64,000 nt of DNA, taken from positions 64,001 through 128,000 of the forward strand of contig JAXGNU010000004.1 in the NCBI GenBank assembly GCA_040767805.1, written 5' to 3'. Under the pieces are notes generated by a model. It was not told where the DNA came from. It made no database searches and saw only the letters and a list, made by a program, of their open reading frames with translations. Each line of letters starts with the position of its first letter. Positions within the stretch are counted from its first letter, which is position 1. The translations under genes were made by a program, and so were the position numbers. This document shows, one piece after another, positions 51,596 to 61,488 of this stretch. The DNA comes from Thermovirgaceae bacterium. Lineage in GTDB: Bacteria; Synergistota; Synergistia; Synergistales; Thermovirgaceae.

Positions 51596-52052
51596 GGCGA
51601 AACCGCCTTTCCAGGAGAGTGAGAAGGGGAATCCCCAGGCCGAAACAGGCGACGGCCTCCCCCAGGCCGACATGGGCCATGGCCGGGAAAACCGGGACCT
51701 CGAGGATAAAGGAAAGATACCCTCCGACTACGAGGGCGTTGACGGCGACGGGCGGGATGGCGGCGAGGATCCTGTTGGGCATCCTCGAGGTGAGTATCGC
51801 TGCCCCAAGCGTTGCCAGGCTTCCGAATACCACGTCGATTATACCGAAACCGCCGACGAAATTGGAGATGACGCATCCGACGAAAAGGCCTGGAACGGCC
51901 TCGGGCCACATCCACGGGAGCAGCGCCAAGGCCTCCGACACCCTGACCTGCGCCGGCCCGAAGGAGATGGGGGCGAAGAGCAGTGTCAAGGCGACGTAGA
52001 CCCCGCCAATGAGGGCGGCCCTGACCAGCCGGCCGGGTCCGTTGGCGCCCAT
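51582..52052 (-). CDS. queT: QueT-family transporter
   Basis: YVALT...PISFGPAQVRVSEAL, GLFVGC and DVVFGSLAT motifs. Confidence 0.88.
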   Translation of the reverse strand: MGANGPGRLVRAALIGGVYVALTLLFAPISFGPAQVRVSEALALLPWMWPEAVPGLFVGCVISNFVGGFGIIDVVFGSLATLGAAILTSRMPNRILAAIPPVAVNALVVGGYLSFILEVPVFPAMAHVGLGEAVACFGLGIPLLTLLERRFRRGGR

Positions 52053-52059
52053 GGAGAAC

Positions 52060-53688
52060 TCAGCCTCCTTGCGCCAGGGAGAGGACGGCCTCCCTTAAGA
52101 GCCTGGGGAAAACCTCCAGGGAGTAGGAGAGGCGGAGTCTCTCGGTCGGCTTGTGGGGGTCCTTCCCGGAGGGCCCCAAGTTCAGCACCGGGATATCGAG
52201 GGCCTTCAGTTCGCCCAGGGCCACCCTGTAGACGCTCCCCCACCCGGGAGTGTTCGACGCTATGCAGAGCATGTCCATGGCGCTCCCCTGGAAACCCAGG
52301 TAACAGAGGTCGCAGATGCCGGCGAAGTACTCCTTCAGGGAGAGGTCAACGCCGTACTCGAGGCGGGCCGTTTCGATGACGCGCCCGGCGGCCTTTCGGG
52401 CCCTCCTGTCGCCCTCGCTCCCGCCCTCGTTGAAGCGGTGGGGGTAATAGGGCGGGAGGAAGCCCACTATCACCACCGGTACGGCAGGGGGGTTCCACCG
52501 GAGCATTTCCGTCACCACCGCCAGTGAGCGCCGGCGGTCGTCCAGGGCGGGGTCCATGGCTTCGACCAGTTCCCTGATCCTGGCCTTCGTCCCGCCCCCC
52601 AGGGCCGCGTCGGTCTCGTGGGCGAACTCTTCGAAGGTCACCACCCGCGGGCGGGGGGTATCGAAGGCGGCCCCGAGCCTCGAGGCGCTCCTCTTCACCT
52701 GTTCGAAGGCGGCATCGGCGGCTTCTTGGGCGACCTTCTTCATCTCCCCCATGATCTCCGCTGGCGCCCTGGAGAGGGTCATGTAATTGAAGAAGGCCGC
52801 CGCCCTGTCGGGAGTGGTGACGGAATAATCGTCCCGGAGGTCCCTCAGGAAGAGGCACGCCGGCGGAGGCCCCGTCTCATCGCCGGACCTGTCGGCCCGT
52901 TGGGGGTCGCCCTCGAGGAGGATTGAAACTTGGGACGCCACGAGGGAAGCGCTCAGGCCATCGAAGTAACGCCCCACGTGGGTTCCCGCGCCGACGCAGT
53001 AAAAGAAGGGCATCACCTTGCCGACGGAGCCCAGGAAGACCGCCTCCCCTTCCAGGTCGGGCGCCCCGGCCGATCCCGGTTCGGCCAGGATGGCCCCCAG
53101 GTATTCGAGACCCCTCTCGTCCCTGATACCCGCCAGGGCGGGTACGGCGGCCCGCATGCCGGCGGACCCGACCTCCTCGTCGGGGACGGCCAGGAAAAGC
53201 AGGTTGACGCCGAGGCCGGAAGGATCGGCCGCCGCTTCTGCGAGTAGCGCCATCTCGGCCGCCAGTCCGCACTTCATGTCCATCACGCCGCGGCCGAAGA
53301 GAAAGTCACCGGAGGCCAGGTCCTCACCGGCCTCGCCTTCAAGACCCCGCTCCCCCAGGGCGGCGGTATACTCCACGGGGGAGAAGGCCAGGCCTTCCAG
53401 GGGACCGAACTCCCCTGTCCCGACCACGTCGAAATGCCCCGTGAGGACCACCGTCCCCTTTACGGCCGGTTCGGCCTGGACAATTGCCATGACCGCCCCC
53501 CTGCCGAAGGGGTCCCCGGGGATGGGGATAAACCTGAGATCATCGGGGTGGTCGCGGAAATAACCCAACTCCCCGAGCCGGTCGTGGATGAACTTACCGG
53601 CCTCGGCCTCACCGGGGGATCCGGTGACGCTGGGTATCCGGGCCAGCTCCAGGAGGAGTTCAAGTATGCCCTGCTTCGTATTCTCCAT
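52060..53688 (-). CDS. rocB: M20 family metallohydrolase, RocB-like
   Basis: GHFDVV, GRGVMDMKCG, PDEEVGSAGM, PPYYP, GICDL and GKDPHKPTER motifs. Confidence 0.82.
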   Translation of the reverse strand: MENTKQGILELLLELARIPSVTGSPGEAEAGKFIHDRLGELGYFRDHPDDLRFIPIPGDPFGRGAVMAIVQAEPAVKGTVVLTGHFDVVGTGEFGPLEGLAFSPVEYTAALGERGLEGEAGEDLASGDFLFGRGVMDMKCGLAAEMALLAEAAADPSGLGVNLLFLAVPDEEVGSAGMRAAVPALAGIRDERGLEYLGAILAEPGSAGAPDLEGEAVFLGSVGKVMPFFYCVGAGTHVGRYFDGLSASLVASQVSILLEGDPQRADRSGDETGPPPACLFLRDLRDDYSVTTPDRAAAFFNYMTLSRAPAEIMGEMKKVAQEAADAAFEQVKRSASRLGAAFDTPRPRVVTFEEFAHETDAALGGGTKARIRELVEAMDPALDDRRRSLAVVTEMLRWNPPAVPVVIVGFLPPYYPHRFNEGGSEGDRRARKAAGRVIETARLEYGVDLSLKEYFAGICDLCYLGFQGSAMDMLCIASNTPGWGSVYRVALGELKALDIPVLNLGPSGKDPHKPTERLRLSYSLEVFPRLLREAVLSLAQGG

Positions 53689-53821
53689 GGTCGGTCCTCT
53701 CTTTTGAAGGTGCGAAAGGGTGGCCCAATCATACCACCCCCCGGATGGGCTCGATCATGTATGCAGTGATACAATTGGTGTCGCCGACAAAAACACCACG
53801 AGGGGAGCCCCGGACGAGGTC

Positions 53822-54997
53822 ATGAAGCTGAAACGCCCCGCCGTCAACAGCAAGCTGGTCATCCTGACGCTGACCCATTTTCTCAACGACCTCCACGGGA
53901 CCTTCCTGGCCACCTTCGTCCCGGTGATCGTCGGTCGGCTCGGGATCTCCTACGCCCAGGCGGGGCTGCTGAATTCCCTCTCGGGGATGATCCACATAGT
54001 GGTCCAGCCCATGGCCGGCTACATCTCAGACACCTTCTCCCGCCCCTACGCGATAATTGTGGGCCCCCTGCTGACCGCCCTCGGGGCCTCCATGCTCCCC
54101 CTTGGCCCCTCCTACGGCGTCACCCTTATACTGGTCGGCCTCTGGTCCTTCGGCAGCTCCGTCTACCACCCCCTGGGGCATGGGAGCGTGGGCTACGTGG
54201 GGGACCCGGGAAAACTGGCCTTCTTCCTCGCCCTGTTCTCCGTGGCCGGGATACTGGGGTCGACCCTCAGCCCGATCTACGCCGTTCTCCTGGTCAAGGC
54301 CTTCGGCATGGGGCCGCTGATGGTGGCGGCTACGCTGGTGCCCGTCTCCGTCGGGGCCTGGCTCGTGATCCGCTACATCCCGACCCTGAAGGCGGAGGGT
54401 TCTGAAGCGTACCCTTCCCCCAGGGGTTTTTACCGCTCCTTCAGCAGGACCTTCGGCATCATTTTCCCCGTGTGGCTGGTTTGCGTATGCCGGGAAACGG
54501 CCTACGAGGGCATACGCTTCTTCCTACCCCTGTTCATCGCCTCCCGGGGGGGGACCATCGTGAACATCGGCGCGATACTCTTCCTGATAAACACCGTGGG
54601 CACGGTCTCGCCCATGGTCGGCGGCAGGATAGCCGACCGGTTCGGCCGGAGAATGGTCACGATGGCCGCCATGGCCGCGGCGCCCCTCTTCCTGGTCCCG
54701 GCGGCCCTGACCGGCGGGGTCCTGTCGATCTCCCTCTACATGGTGGGCAACGCCCTCCTCCAGGGCCTCCTGCCCGTCACCGGGGCCGCCGCCCAGGAGA
54801 TGGCCCCCGAGGCCAGGAGCACCGCCGCCTCGATGGTCATGGGGCTCCCCTTCGGGCTGGCGAGCCTCCTCATCGCGCCCATCGGGGCCCTGGCGGACCG
54901 CACGAACCTCACCGTGATACTCATCCTGCTCGGGCTGCTTCCCCTCCTCCCGATGCCGGTCTTCTGGAAGGGATGGAAGAAAGAAGAAGGCAGATAA
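53822..54997 (+). CDS. MFS transporter (Fsr-like)
   Basis: HFLND, QPMAGYISD, YHPLG and GGRIADRFGRR motifs. Confidence 0.88.
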   Translation: MKLKRPAVNSKLVILTLTHFLNDLHGTFLATFVPVIVGRLGISYAQAGLLNSLSGMIHIVVQPMAGYISDTFSRPYAIIVGPLLTALGASMLPLGPSYGVTLILVGLWSFGSSVYHPLGHGSVGYVGDPGKLAFFLALFSVAGILGSTLSPIYAVLLVKAFGMGPLMVAATLVPVSVGAWLVIRYIPTLKAEGSEAYPSPRGFYRSFSRTFGIIFPVWLVCVCRETAYEGIRFFLPLFIASRGGTIVNIGAILFLINTVGTVSPMVGGRIADRFGRRMVTMAAMAAAPLFLVPAALTGGVLSISLYMVGNALLQGLLPVTGAAAQEMAPEARSTAASMVMGLPFGLASLLIAPIGALADRTNLTVILILLGLLPLLPMPVFWKGWKKEEGR

Positions 54998-54999
54998 AG

Positions 55000-55193
55000 C
55001 GGGAATCGCAAGGGCCGTAAATCGTAAGGGCCGTGAGTCGCAAGGGCCGTGAATCGGGAATCGTGGAGCCAAGGCAAAGGCAAAAGCGAAAAGCGTAAAC
55101 GGTGAACGGGAAACGGGAGAAACGCGAGTCGCAAGAGCAAAACAATTGACCTTTCGATTTACGATTCACGATTTACGATTCACGATTCACGAC
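55000..55193. repeat. Inverted arrangement of 16-mer/7-mer tandem repeats
   Basis: AAGGGCCGTRARTCGB x3 at 55010-55057, degenerate 6-7-mers to about 55138, then the opposite-orientation (CGATTYA)x5 at 55155-55189. Confidence 0.88.
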
Positions 55194-55270
55194 TTTCAAT
55201 CCCCGATATCAATTTATCAGGATAGTATGTTATACTACCTCCCGTAATAATAAAGGGGAGGTCGGGGAAA

Positions 55271-55588
55271 GTGCTGAAGCTCGAAGTCGAACACTACATC
55301 CAACTTGGGGAGAAGATGAGGGAACGGGCCGCCGAGCTGTGCAGGATGTACATGAAGGTCCACTACGACTGCGACGACTGCTCGGTCCTGGTGACCAACA
55401 TGGAGACCGGGCAGAGCGGGCGGTTCCGGATCATGTTCAACGAATCGGACACGGAAGAAATGCTCTATCTCCCTCCCGAATACTTCTGGCTCACCGACGA
55501 CGAGGTCGCCGTCAGGATGAAGATCGACAGGGACATACGCGAGGGCCAGCTGGAGGAGCGCAGGAAGTCACGCCCCTCGGCGGGCTAG
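55271..55588 (+). CDS. Hypothetical protein (105 aa)
   Basis: Strong GGGGAGG RBS and genome-typical codon usage; no recognised family. Confidence 0.7.
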   Translation: MLKLEVEHYIQLGEKMRERAAELCRMYMKVHYDCDDCSVLVTNMETGQSGRFRIMFNESDTEEMLYLPPEYFWLTDDEVAVRMKIDRDIREGQLEERRKSRPSAG

Positions 55589-55621
55589 GAGGCGGCTAAG
55601 CCTACCGCCCCGGTGGGAGGC

Positions 55622-56788
55622 CTAGGGTAAACCTTTTTTCCCCTGGGGTCTCCAGAGAAAGAAGTAGACCGCCGGGGCCGCGAAGAAAAGGATGGCCGGC
55701 AGGACCCTGAAGGCGCCGGCCACACCCAGCAGCGCCGAGGTGTAACCCACCACTACCGGTGTCAGGAAGAAACACCCGTCCAGGATGAACCATACCACGG
55801 CGGTGGCCTTGGGGTGCAGCCCCGGGGGCGCCGCCTCCCCTATCATCGCCAGGGACAAGGGGAAACCCACACCCACCCCTATGCCGTAAAGGAGGCCCCA
55901 GAAGGCGAAAGCATGGGGGGAAGACGAAAAGGACGTCCCGAAGAGCGAAAAGGCATTCCAGGCCGCCATGAGAGTGTAAACGATATCCTTGGGGAAGGCG
56001 TCCATGAGCCTGAACCCCGCCAGCCTCGTCAGGATCGCCCCCGCCGCGAAGGTCACCATGAAGTAGGACGACAGGAGGCCCTTGCTCAAGGCGAGGACCG
56101 GTATGGATATCACCGCCGCGTCGGTCATCCCATAGATGAACACCGCCAGGAACATCACCCTGGCCCTGGCGAGGCGGAAAAGCTGCGAATAGGTCCCCCA
56201 CTCCGCCCCTCTTCGAGCCGCGCCCTCGTCGCGGTCCACGCCGGCGAAGGTCATCCCCACCAGGGCGCAAGCCAGGGCCACCAGCGGCCCGAACCACGGG
56301 TAGACGCCGTAGCCGCCATGCTGGAGCAGCCAGTCCAGCAAGGGCACGACGCAGAGGAAGGGCGCCATGGCGCCAATGGTGATCAGGGCGAAGGCCCCGC
56401 CCCTCACCTCGCGGGGGATGGCGATCGTCTGGTAGGTGGTGAGCGAAACCAGGAAGAGGCCGAAGCCGAAGCCCATGAGCACCCTGGAGAGGATCAGGAA
56501 GGGCAGGGTGACCCCCGAAAGGGCCAGCCCGATGCTCCCGACGGCGCCGCACAGGGCGGCCCCGGTCAGGGTGGCCCTGAAGGTGAAGCGCTCCACCAGG
56601 AAGGCCATGAAGGGGCGGGGGAGGGTCGATGCCGCGTAGAAGGCGCCCAGGACCCAGCCTACCGTCGCCTGGGACTTCAGCCCCAGATGATCAAGGTACA
56701 GGGGGAGGAAAAAATAGGCGTAGCTGAAACTCATGATGGCGAAACTGCCTCCGGCCATCCGGGGGAGCAGTTTTTTCACCCTATGCAT
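55622..56788 (-). CDS. MFS transporter
   Basis: About 12 TM helices; LPLYL, RVLMGFG and LYGIGVG motifs. Confidence 0.85.
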   Translation of the reverse strand: MHRVKKLLPRMAGGSFAIMSFSYAYFFLPLYLDHLGLKSQATVGWVLGAFYAASTLPRPFMAFLVERFTFRATLTGAALCGAVGSIGLALSGVTLPFLILSRVLMGFGFGLFLVSLTTYQTIAIPREVRGGAFALITIGAMAPFLCVVPLLDWLLQHGGYGVYPWFGPLVALACALVGMTFAGVDRDEGAARRGAEWGTYSQLFRLARARVMFLAVFIYGMTDAAVISIPVLALSKGLLSSYFMVTFAAGAILTRLAGFRLMDAFPKDIVYTLMAAWNAFSLFGTSFSSSPHAFAFWGLLYGIGVGVGFPLSLAMIGEAAPPGLHPKATAVVWFILDGCFFLTPVVVGYTSALLGVAGAFRVLPAILFFAAPAVYFFLWRPQGKKGLP

Positions 56789-57710
56789 CGGGGTCGCCCC
56801 CCGACATGACGGCTTCCGGCCCGGGGAGGTGGAAGGTCTTCCTGATGAAGGTGTCCAGTTCTGCCAGGGCTACGCCGACGAGGATGACGGCGCCCCCCAG
56901 GGCTATCTGGAAGTTCAGCACTTCCTGGCCGATCAGCACGGCGATGACGTAACCGAAGGGACCCTCCAGGGAGAGCAGGATAGCCGCGTGGACCTCGGGG
57001 CTGAATCTCTGGGCCACGGTCTGCACGAGGAAGGGGATCACCGTCACGAGGACCACGACGTAAAGAAGCCCCAGCAAAGCCCTGGGGTCGATGGTGGCGA
57101 CGCGAGGGGGCGGCTCGAAGGCCAGGGCGGCGGCGAGGAAGAAAAAACCGGCCGAGGCCAGCTGGACCACCGTCAAGGCCGCGGGGTCCATCCTCCGGCT
57201 GAGGTTCCCCACGCCGAGGACATGGAGGGCTATGCCCAAGGCCAGGAGGAGGGAGAGGAAGTCGCCGAAGTTGAAGGTCATCCCGGGGGTGAAGGCCATG
57301 ACCAGCAGCCCCGCCGTCGTTATGAAGGCCCCGGCCGTGGCGACCCAGGAGGGCCACCTCCTGTAGAACAGGGCGAATAGGAAGGGCACCATGACCACGT
57401 TGGAAGCGGATATGAAGGACTGCTTCCCGGGGGTGGAAAAGACCAGCCCCCAGATGTGGGCCGCGAAGGAGAGGAACAGGAGAAAGCCCAGGGCCAGGCC
57501 CAGGAATACATCCTTCCTGCCCAGGTACTTCAGCCGGCCTTTGAAAATCAAGAAAAGGACCAGTGCGCTCATGGTGAACCTCACGGCCATGAGCCACATC
57601 GGTGAGAAGAAACCCAGGAGCCAGCTGGTCACACCGAAGCCGGACCCCCAGAACACGGCGATGATGAACATGGAGGCGTCGGCCAGGAAGACCCTTTTTC
57701 TCTCGTCCAA
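56781..57710 (-). CDS. DMT/EamA family transporter
   Basis: FWGSGF, AVRF, FNFGD, QTVAQR and ILLSLE motifs. Confidence 0.88.
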   Translation of the reverse strand: MDERKRVFLADASMFIIAVFWGSGFGVTSWLLGFFSPMWLMAVRFTMSALVLFLIFKGRLKYLGRKDVFLGLALGFLLFLSFAAHIWGLVFSTPGKQSFISASNVVMVPFLFALFYRRWPSWVATAGAFITTAGLLVMAFTPGMTFNFGDFLSLLLALGIALHVLGVGNLSRRMDPAALTVVQLASAGFFFLAAALAFEPPPRVATIDPRALLGLLYVVVLVTVIPFLVQTVAQRFSPEVHAAILLSLEGPFGYVIAVLIGQEVLNFQIALGGAVILVGVALAELDTFIRKTFHLPGPEAVMSGGDPDA

Positions 57711-57836
57711 AAAAGCGCACCTACCCCTCGGCGGCGTCGTAATTACAGCATACCACCTGCCATGCGGTTGTGTACAAAGAAGGATATGGTATCATTTTCG
57801 GGCACGGCCATCTCCATGAAGGGTGGGGGTCCCCCG

Positions 57837-58619
57837 ATGGGTAAGCTGAGAACCATGCCGGCATTGTTTTTCGCCCTGCTCCTCTTCGCCTGCCCGGCCT
57901 TCGCGGCCCAAACCTACCAGTACAGGGGCGAGGTCAAGGGCTTCACCAGGGGTGCCTTTCTCTTCAAGGCCTTCGCGGAGGGCCTGAAACCCGAGTCGAT
58001 GGAGATGATACTGGACGAAGAGCCCGACGAGACCGGGAGGGTCCGGCGGCTCTTCCTGGACCTTTTCGGTTGTGAACTGGGCGGAGTGAGGATCGAACGG
58101 CTCGAGATCGAGGCCCTCGACACGCAGTTCACCGATCCCAGCGGCTGGGCGTCACCGGGGCCGGATGTGGTGGAAATGCTCTCGGTCAACGCCCGGGCGA
58201 CCATACTGGAGGGAGACGTCAACAGGGCCATCTCCGATGCGGCCTTCGGCGACGACGGCGGCAACTGGCATGACCTCTCCCTGGACTTCCGCGACGGCGA
58301 AGTCTATGCCAGGGGGTACTACACGGTCCGGTTCCTCTTCACGCTGGACATCCTCATCGAACTGGAGGGCCGCTTCGGCATCGTGGGGGGCAAGCAGGTC
58401 TGGCTCGGAGACTACACGATGAAGGTCAACCGGGTGGACCTCCCCGAGGGCCTCGCCGACAGGGCCGTGAGCCAGATACAACCCGTCATCGACCTCAACG
58501 GGTTCATCTTCCCCCTGACCCTGAAGACCGTCGCCCTGACCAACGACAGGGTCGTTCTCGAGAGCAAGGCGCTCCCGCGAAGGTTCAACGGGACCCGTTA
58601 CCTTTACTGCTCGAAGTGA
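57837..58619 (+). CDS. Exported protein, possibly DUF2993/LmeA-like
   Basis: Signal peptide; ILEGDVN and QIQPVIDL...FPL resemble this family. Confidence 0.55.
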   Translation: MGKLRTMPALFFALLLFACPAFAAQTYQYRGEVKGFTRGAFLFKAFAEGLKPESMEMILDEEPDETGRVRRLFLDLFGCELGGVRIERLEIEALDTQFTDPSGWASPGPDVVEMLSVNARATILEGDVNRAISDAAFGDDGGNWHDLSLDFRDGEVYARGYYTVRFLFTLDILIELEGRFGIVGGKQVWLGDYTMKVNRVDLPEGLADRAVSQIQPVIDLNGFIFPLTLKTVALTNDRVVLESKALPRRFNGTRYLYCSK

Positions 58620-58623
58620 CGTT

Positions 58624-59934
58624 TCACTCCTCCCCTGCCCGGGGGAGGGTGATATTCCTGCAATGGGTCTCCGGCACCTTAAGGACGAGACACAGCCCCG
58701 CGACCGCCCCGGCGAGGCAGAGCGCCAGGGCCCCCCTGTACTGGGTAACCGGGGGATACCCTTGCAGGATGTCGATCATGAACCCCATGGCCGGCGGGTA
58801 AAGGGCCGCGCCCAGGAAGGTCCCCGTGTTGAGCACCGAAACGGCGACCCCCGTGTACCGGGGGCTGTTGATCTCCTTCGCGACGGCGAGGCAGACCAGG
58901 AACGCCATGGAGGCGACGCCCATCACGAAAAGGGCCGGCTTGAGGACCGCCATCGGGGGCCTGCCGGAACCCCAGAAGAGGATAACCCCCCAAGCGGCCA
59001 CGTTGACCGCCGCCGTAAGGGCCAGGGGCCACCGCCTCGCCCCGGCCATATCGGTCAATCTCCCTATTAGGACAGCACCTATCATGGCTCCCAGGACCAC
59101 CAGGGACACGACACCCGAGGCTTCGGCCCGGGTGAGCCCGTAGACGCTGGTCAGCCATGGGACCCCCCAGGCGCCGGTGAAGGCCAGCTGCCCGCCGCTG
59201 TAAAGGCCTGAAATGGCCATGGCGGGCCAGATACCCCTTGACCGGAGCGCCCCTCCCACCGCGTGGAGCAGTTCCCGGCCGCCGATCTTCGGCCCCGCCT
59301 CGGTGGGGTTGACCGGGGCGAACCCCATATCAGTGGGGCGGTCCCTTATAAGAAGAAGGGAGGCGGCACCCAGGAGGAAGGAAAATCCCCCTATCGCAAC
59401 GAAGGTCATCCTCCAGGAAAAACAAGCCACCATCATGGCAAGGGGCGCCTGGGCGACGAGCCCGCCGGAATTGCCGACGAAGGCCGTGACGCCTGACATG
59501 GTGGCGAACTCCCTATCGCTGTACCACTCGGAAAGCATTTTAAGGATGCAGACGAATACGGCGGAGGCACCCACGCCGACGACGAACCTCCCCAGGTAGA
59601 CCAGTGCCGGGGACGGCGCCAGGCCGAAGGCCAGGGACCCCGCCCCCGAAAGGAAGACACCCGCCGTGACGGTTTTCCTGGCCCCCAGCGAGTCGGCCAG
59701 CATGCCCACCGGGATCTGCATGGCCGTGTAGGCGTAAAAATACATGGAAGCGAGGTGACCGAAGGCCGCGCCGGTCATCCCAAAGGCGGCGACCAGGTCG
59801 TCGCGGACCACCCCGGGGGCCAGCCTGTGGAAGAAAACTATCATGTAGACCAGGGCCATGACGCTCCAGACGACGAGGCGGTACCGGCCGACGTCGGCCT
59901 TGAGCCAGCGGGTGATCTTGGCGACGGGTGCCAT
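58624..59934 (-). CDS. MFS transporter
   Basis: FFHRLAPGV, YFYAYTAMQIPVGMLADSLGAR and WGVPWL motifs. Confidence 0.9.
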   Translation of the reverse strand: MAPVAKITRWLKADVGRYRLVVWSVMALVYMIVFFHRLAPGVVRDDLVAAFGMTGAAFGHLASMYFYAYTAMQIPVGMLADSLGARKTVTAGVFLSGAGSLAFGLAPSPALVYLGRFVVGVGASAVFVCILKMLSEWYSDREFATMSGVTAFVGNSGGLVAQAPLAMMVACFSWRMTFVAIGGFSFLLGAASLLLIRDRPTDMGFAPVNPTEAGPKIGGRELLHAVGGALRSRGIWPAMAISGLYSGGQLAFTGAWGVPWLTSVYGLTRAEASGVVSLVVLGAMIGAVLIGRLTDMAGARRWPLALTAAVNVAAWGVILFWGSGRPPMAVLKPALFVMGVASMAFLVCLAVAKEINSPRYTGVAVSVLNTGTFLGAALYPPAMGFMIDILQGYPPVTQYRGALALCLAGAVAGLCLVLKVPETHCRNITLPRAGEE

Positions 59935-60017
59935 CGGGGGAGCTCCTTCCGACGGTATGTTGTGATCCCAAAGGGTGACCTTGACCGGTCATAAGCATAC
60001 TATATTTCTCGCAGAGC

Positions 60018-60041
60018 GGGGTCAGGTCTACACTTTTGACT
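60018..60041 (+). repeat. Single GGGGTCAGGTCT motif related to the 43.6-43.8 kb repeat core
   Basis: GGGGTCAGGTCTACACTTTTGA versus the reverse complement of the 38-mer, GGGGTCAGACCTTGAATTTGA. Confidence 0.4.
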
Positions 60042-60099
60042 AAAACCAGGCTTTGCCCCGCTCCCTGGGGCTGTCCGGCCACAGAGGCAACTCGGGCCA

Positions 60100-61488
60100 C
60101 CTGTTGCCTCATATAAGAATCTAAGTGAAAGCTATTCGTTGCCTCATGGAAAAATCTAGGCGACCTTGCCTGAGTCGATCTCGTTGCCTGCAAGAGTCCT
60201 GTTTTTGTTCCTGAAGGCCCTGTTTAGCCTTGACTTGAGCCTGTCGATCTCTTTCTTCAGGTCTGCAGGGTTGAGTGAGTCGAACTGCCCCCTCAGGTTG
60301 GATTTTACCTCTTCCGCGACGTGATCAGAGTCCAGCAGACGCTGACAGGGTGTTTTGGGCGTGTCGTAGCTCTTTTTGACCTTCGCTCCGGTCCTCGTCT
60401 TCGATATCAGCTTCGCCGAAGGGAGGAAGAAGTTAACGTAAAGCCTGTAAACGTCATAGAGCTCATTCAGGGCCTTTACCTCACCTTCCGTATCGTACCT
60501 GGCATACCCTGCCACCCTTCTTGCCACTGACCAGTTCTTCTGCTCCACGTAGCAGTTGTCGTTCTTGTTCCCTGCCCTTGACCTTGTGAAGGTTATCCTT
60601 TCGTCTTCGCAGTACTTTTGCAGGTGGTGGTTTATGAAGGTCGAATCGTTGTCCGAATCTATCCCGCAAAGAGGGAAGGGGAGACGACTCCTGATAGCCT
60701 TCAACGCCTCCATGGTCCAGATCCTCGCCCTGTTCCTGACGGCCATCAGCTCGGTCCACCCCGACGCGACGTCCGTTACGTCCAGCGTGAAGGCGAACTC
60801 TCCGCTTGAACATCCCCCCTCATGGGACACCAGGTCTATCTCCACGAAGCCGGGCTTGTCCTCATCCCAGTCGGCAAAGGTCCGTATCGGTATCTTGTGC
60901 TTCAGCAGTGTCCCGGGCTTGGTGGAGGAACGCTCCTTCAGGCGGAGCTTTCTCTTCCGGTCCGCCAGCATGCGGTCTATGGTTGCCGCAGACACGGACA
61001 TGACCTTGAGCCTCCGGTCATCGTCAAGGAAGAGATCCTTCGTCGCCTCAAGTTTAGGGACCAGCCATGGAATGGCAGCGGCAAGCCTCTTGCCGCAGAT
61101 GTAGTCCATCATCTTCCACAGTGTCGCCACTGCATCCGCAACCTCCCTGTCGTAGGTCCTCTTCCTCTTCCTGCGGACCTTGCTGTCCTTCCTGTCGGCC
61201 TCAAGGATGAACCGGGTGCCCCTCTTGGACTCCATGTATAGGCGCTTGCCGAAGAGGGTAAGGAGGTGCGAAGCGTAGTCACGGTTGTAGCCTGTTATCT
61301 CCGTAATCCTGTCCAGGATCTGCCCCTTATCCTTCTTCGATGCCTTGCGGTACTTATCCGCCGACTTGACGATAACTTCCCTTCTGGAAACCATCGAGAG
61401 CCTCACCCGTCCTTCCCCCTTCCCTCCGGGGCATGCCCTTCGGGAAGATGCTATACCTTTCGCATAGATTCTCAGGTGAGGCAACTCG
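60100..61488 (-). mobile_element. Insertion sequence (integrase-core DDE transposase, ISNCY-like)
   Basis: Lower GC than the flanks; imperfect terminal IRs GTTGCCTCA..AATCTA (60103 and 60138) versus TAGATT..TGAGGCAAC (61465-61485); flanking direct repeat. Ends uncertain by about 3 nt. Confidence 0.85.
60156..61406 (-). CDS. DDE transposase (rve/integrase catalytic domain)
   Basis: YRKASKKDKGQILD, SAATIDRML, PGFVEIDLV, DSDN and NDNCYVEQKN motifs; uninterrupted frame; GTG at 61406 chosen as start. Confidence 0.9.
   Translation of the reverse strand: MRLSMVSRREVIVKSADKYRKASKKDKGQILDRITEITGYNRDYASHLLTLFGKRLYMESKRGTRFILEADRKDSKVRRKRKRTYDREVADAVATLWKMMDYICGKRLAAAIPWLVPKLEATKDLFLDDDRRLKVMSVSAATIDRMLADRKRKLRLKERSSTKPGTLLKHKIPIRTFADWDEDKPGFVEIDLVSHEGGCSSGEFAFTLDVTDVASGWTELMAVRNRARIWTMEALKAIRSRLPFPLCGIDSDNDSTFINHHLQKYCEDERITFTRSRAGNKNDNCYVEQKNWSVARRVAGYARYDTEGEVKALNELYDVYRLYVNFFLPSAKLISKTRTGAKVKKSYDTPKTPCQRLLDSDHVAEEVKSNLRGQFDSLNPADLKKEIDRLKSRLNRAFRNKNRTLAGNEIDSGKVA

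Noticed and set aside
52053..52059. preQ1 riboswitch upstream of queT
   Set aside because: Only 7 nt separate rocB and queT, and no aptamer motif is visible.
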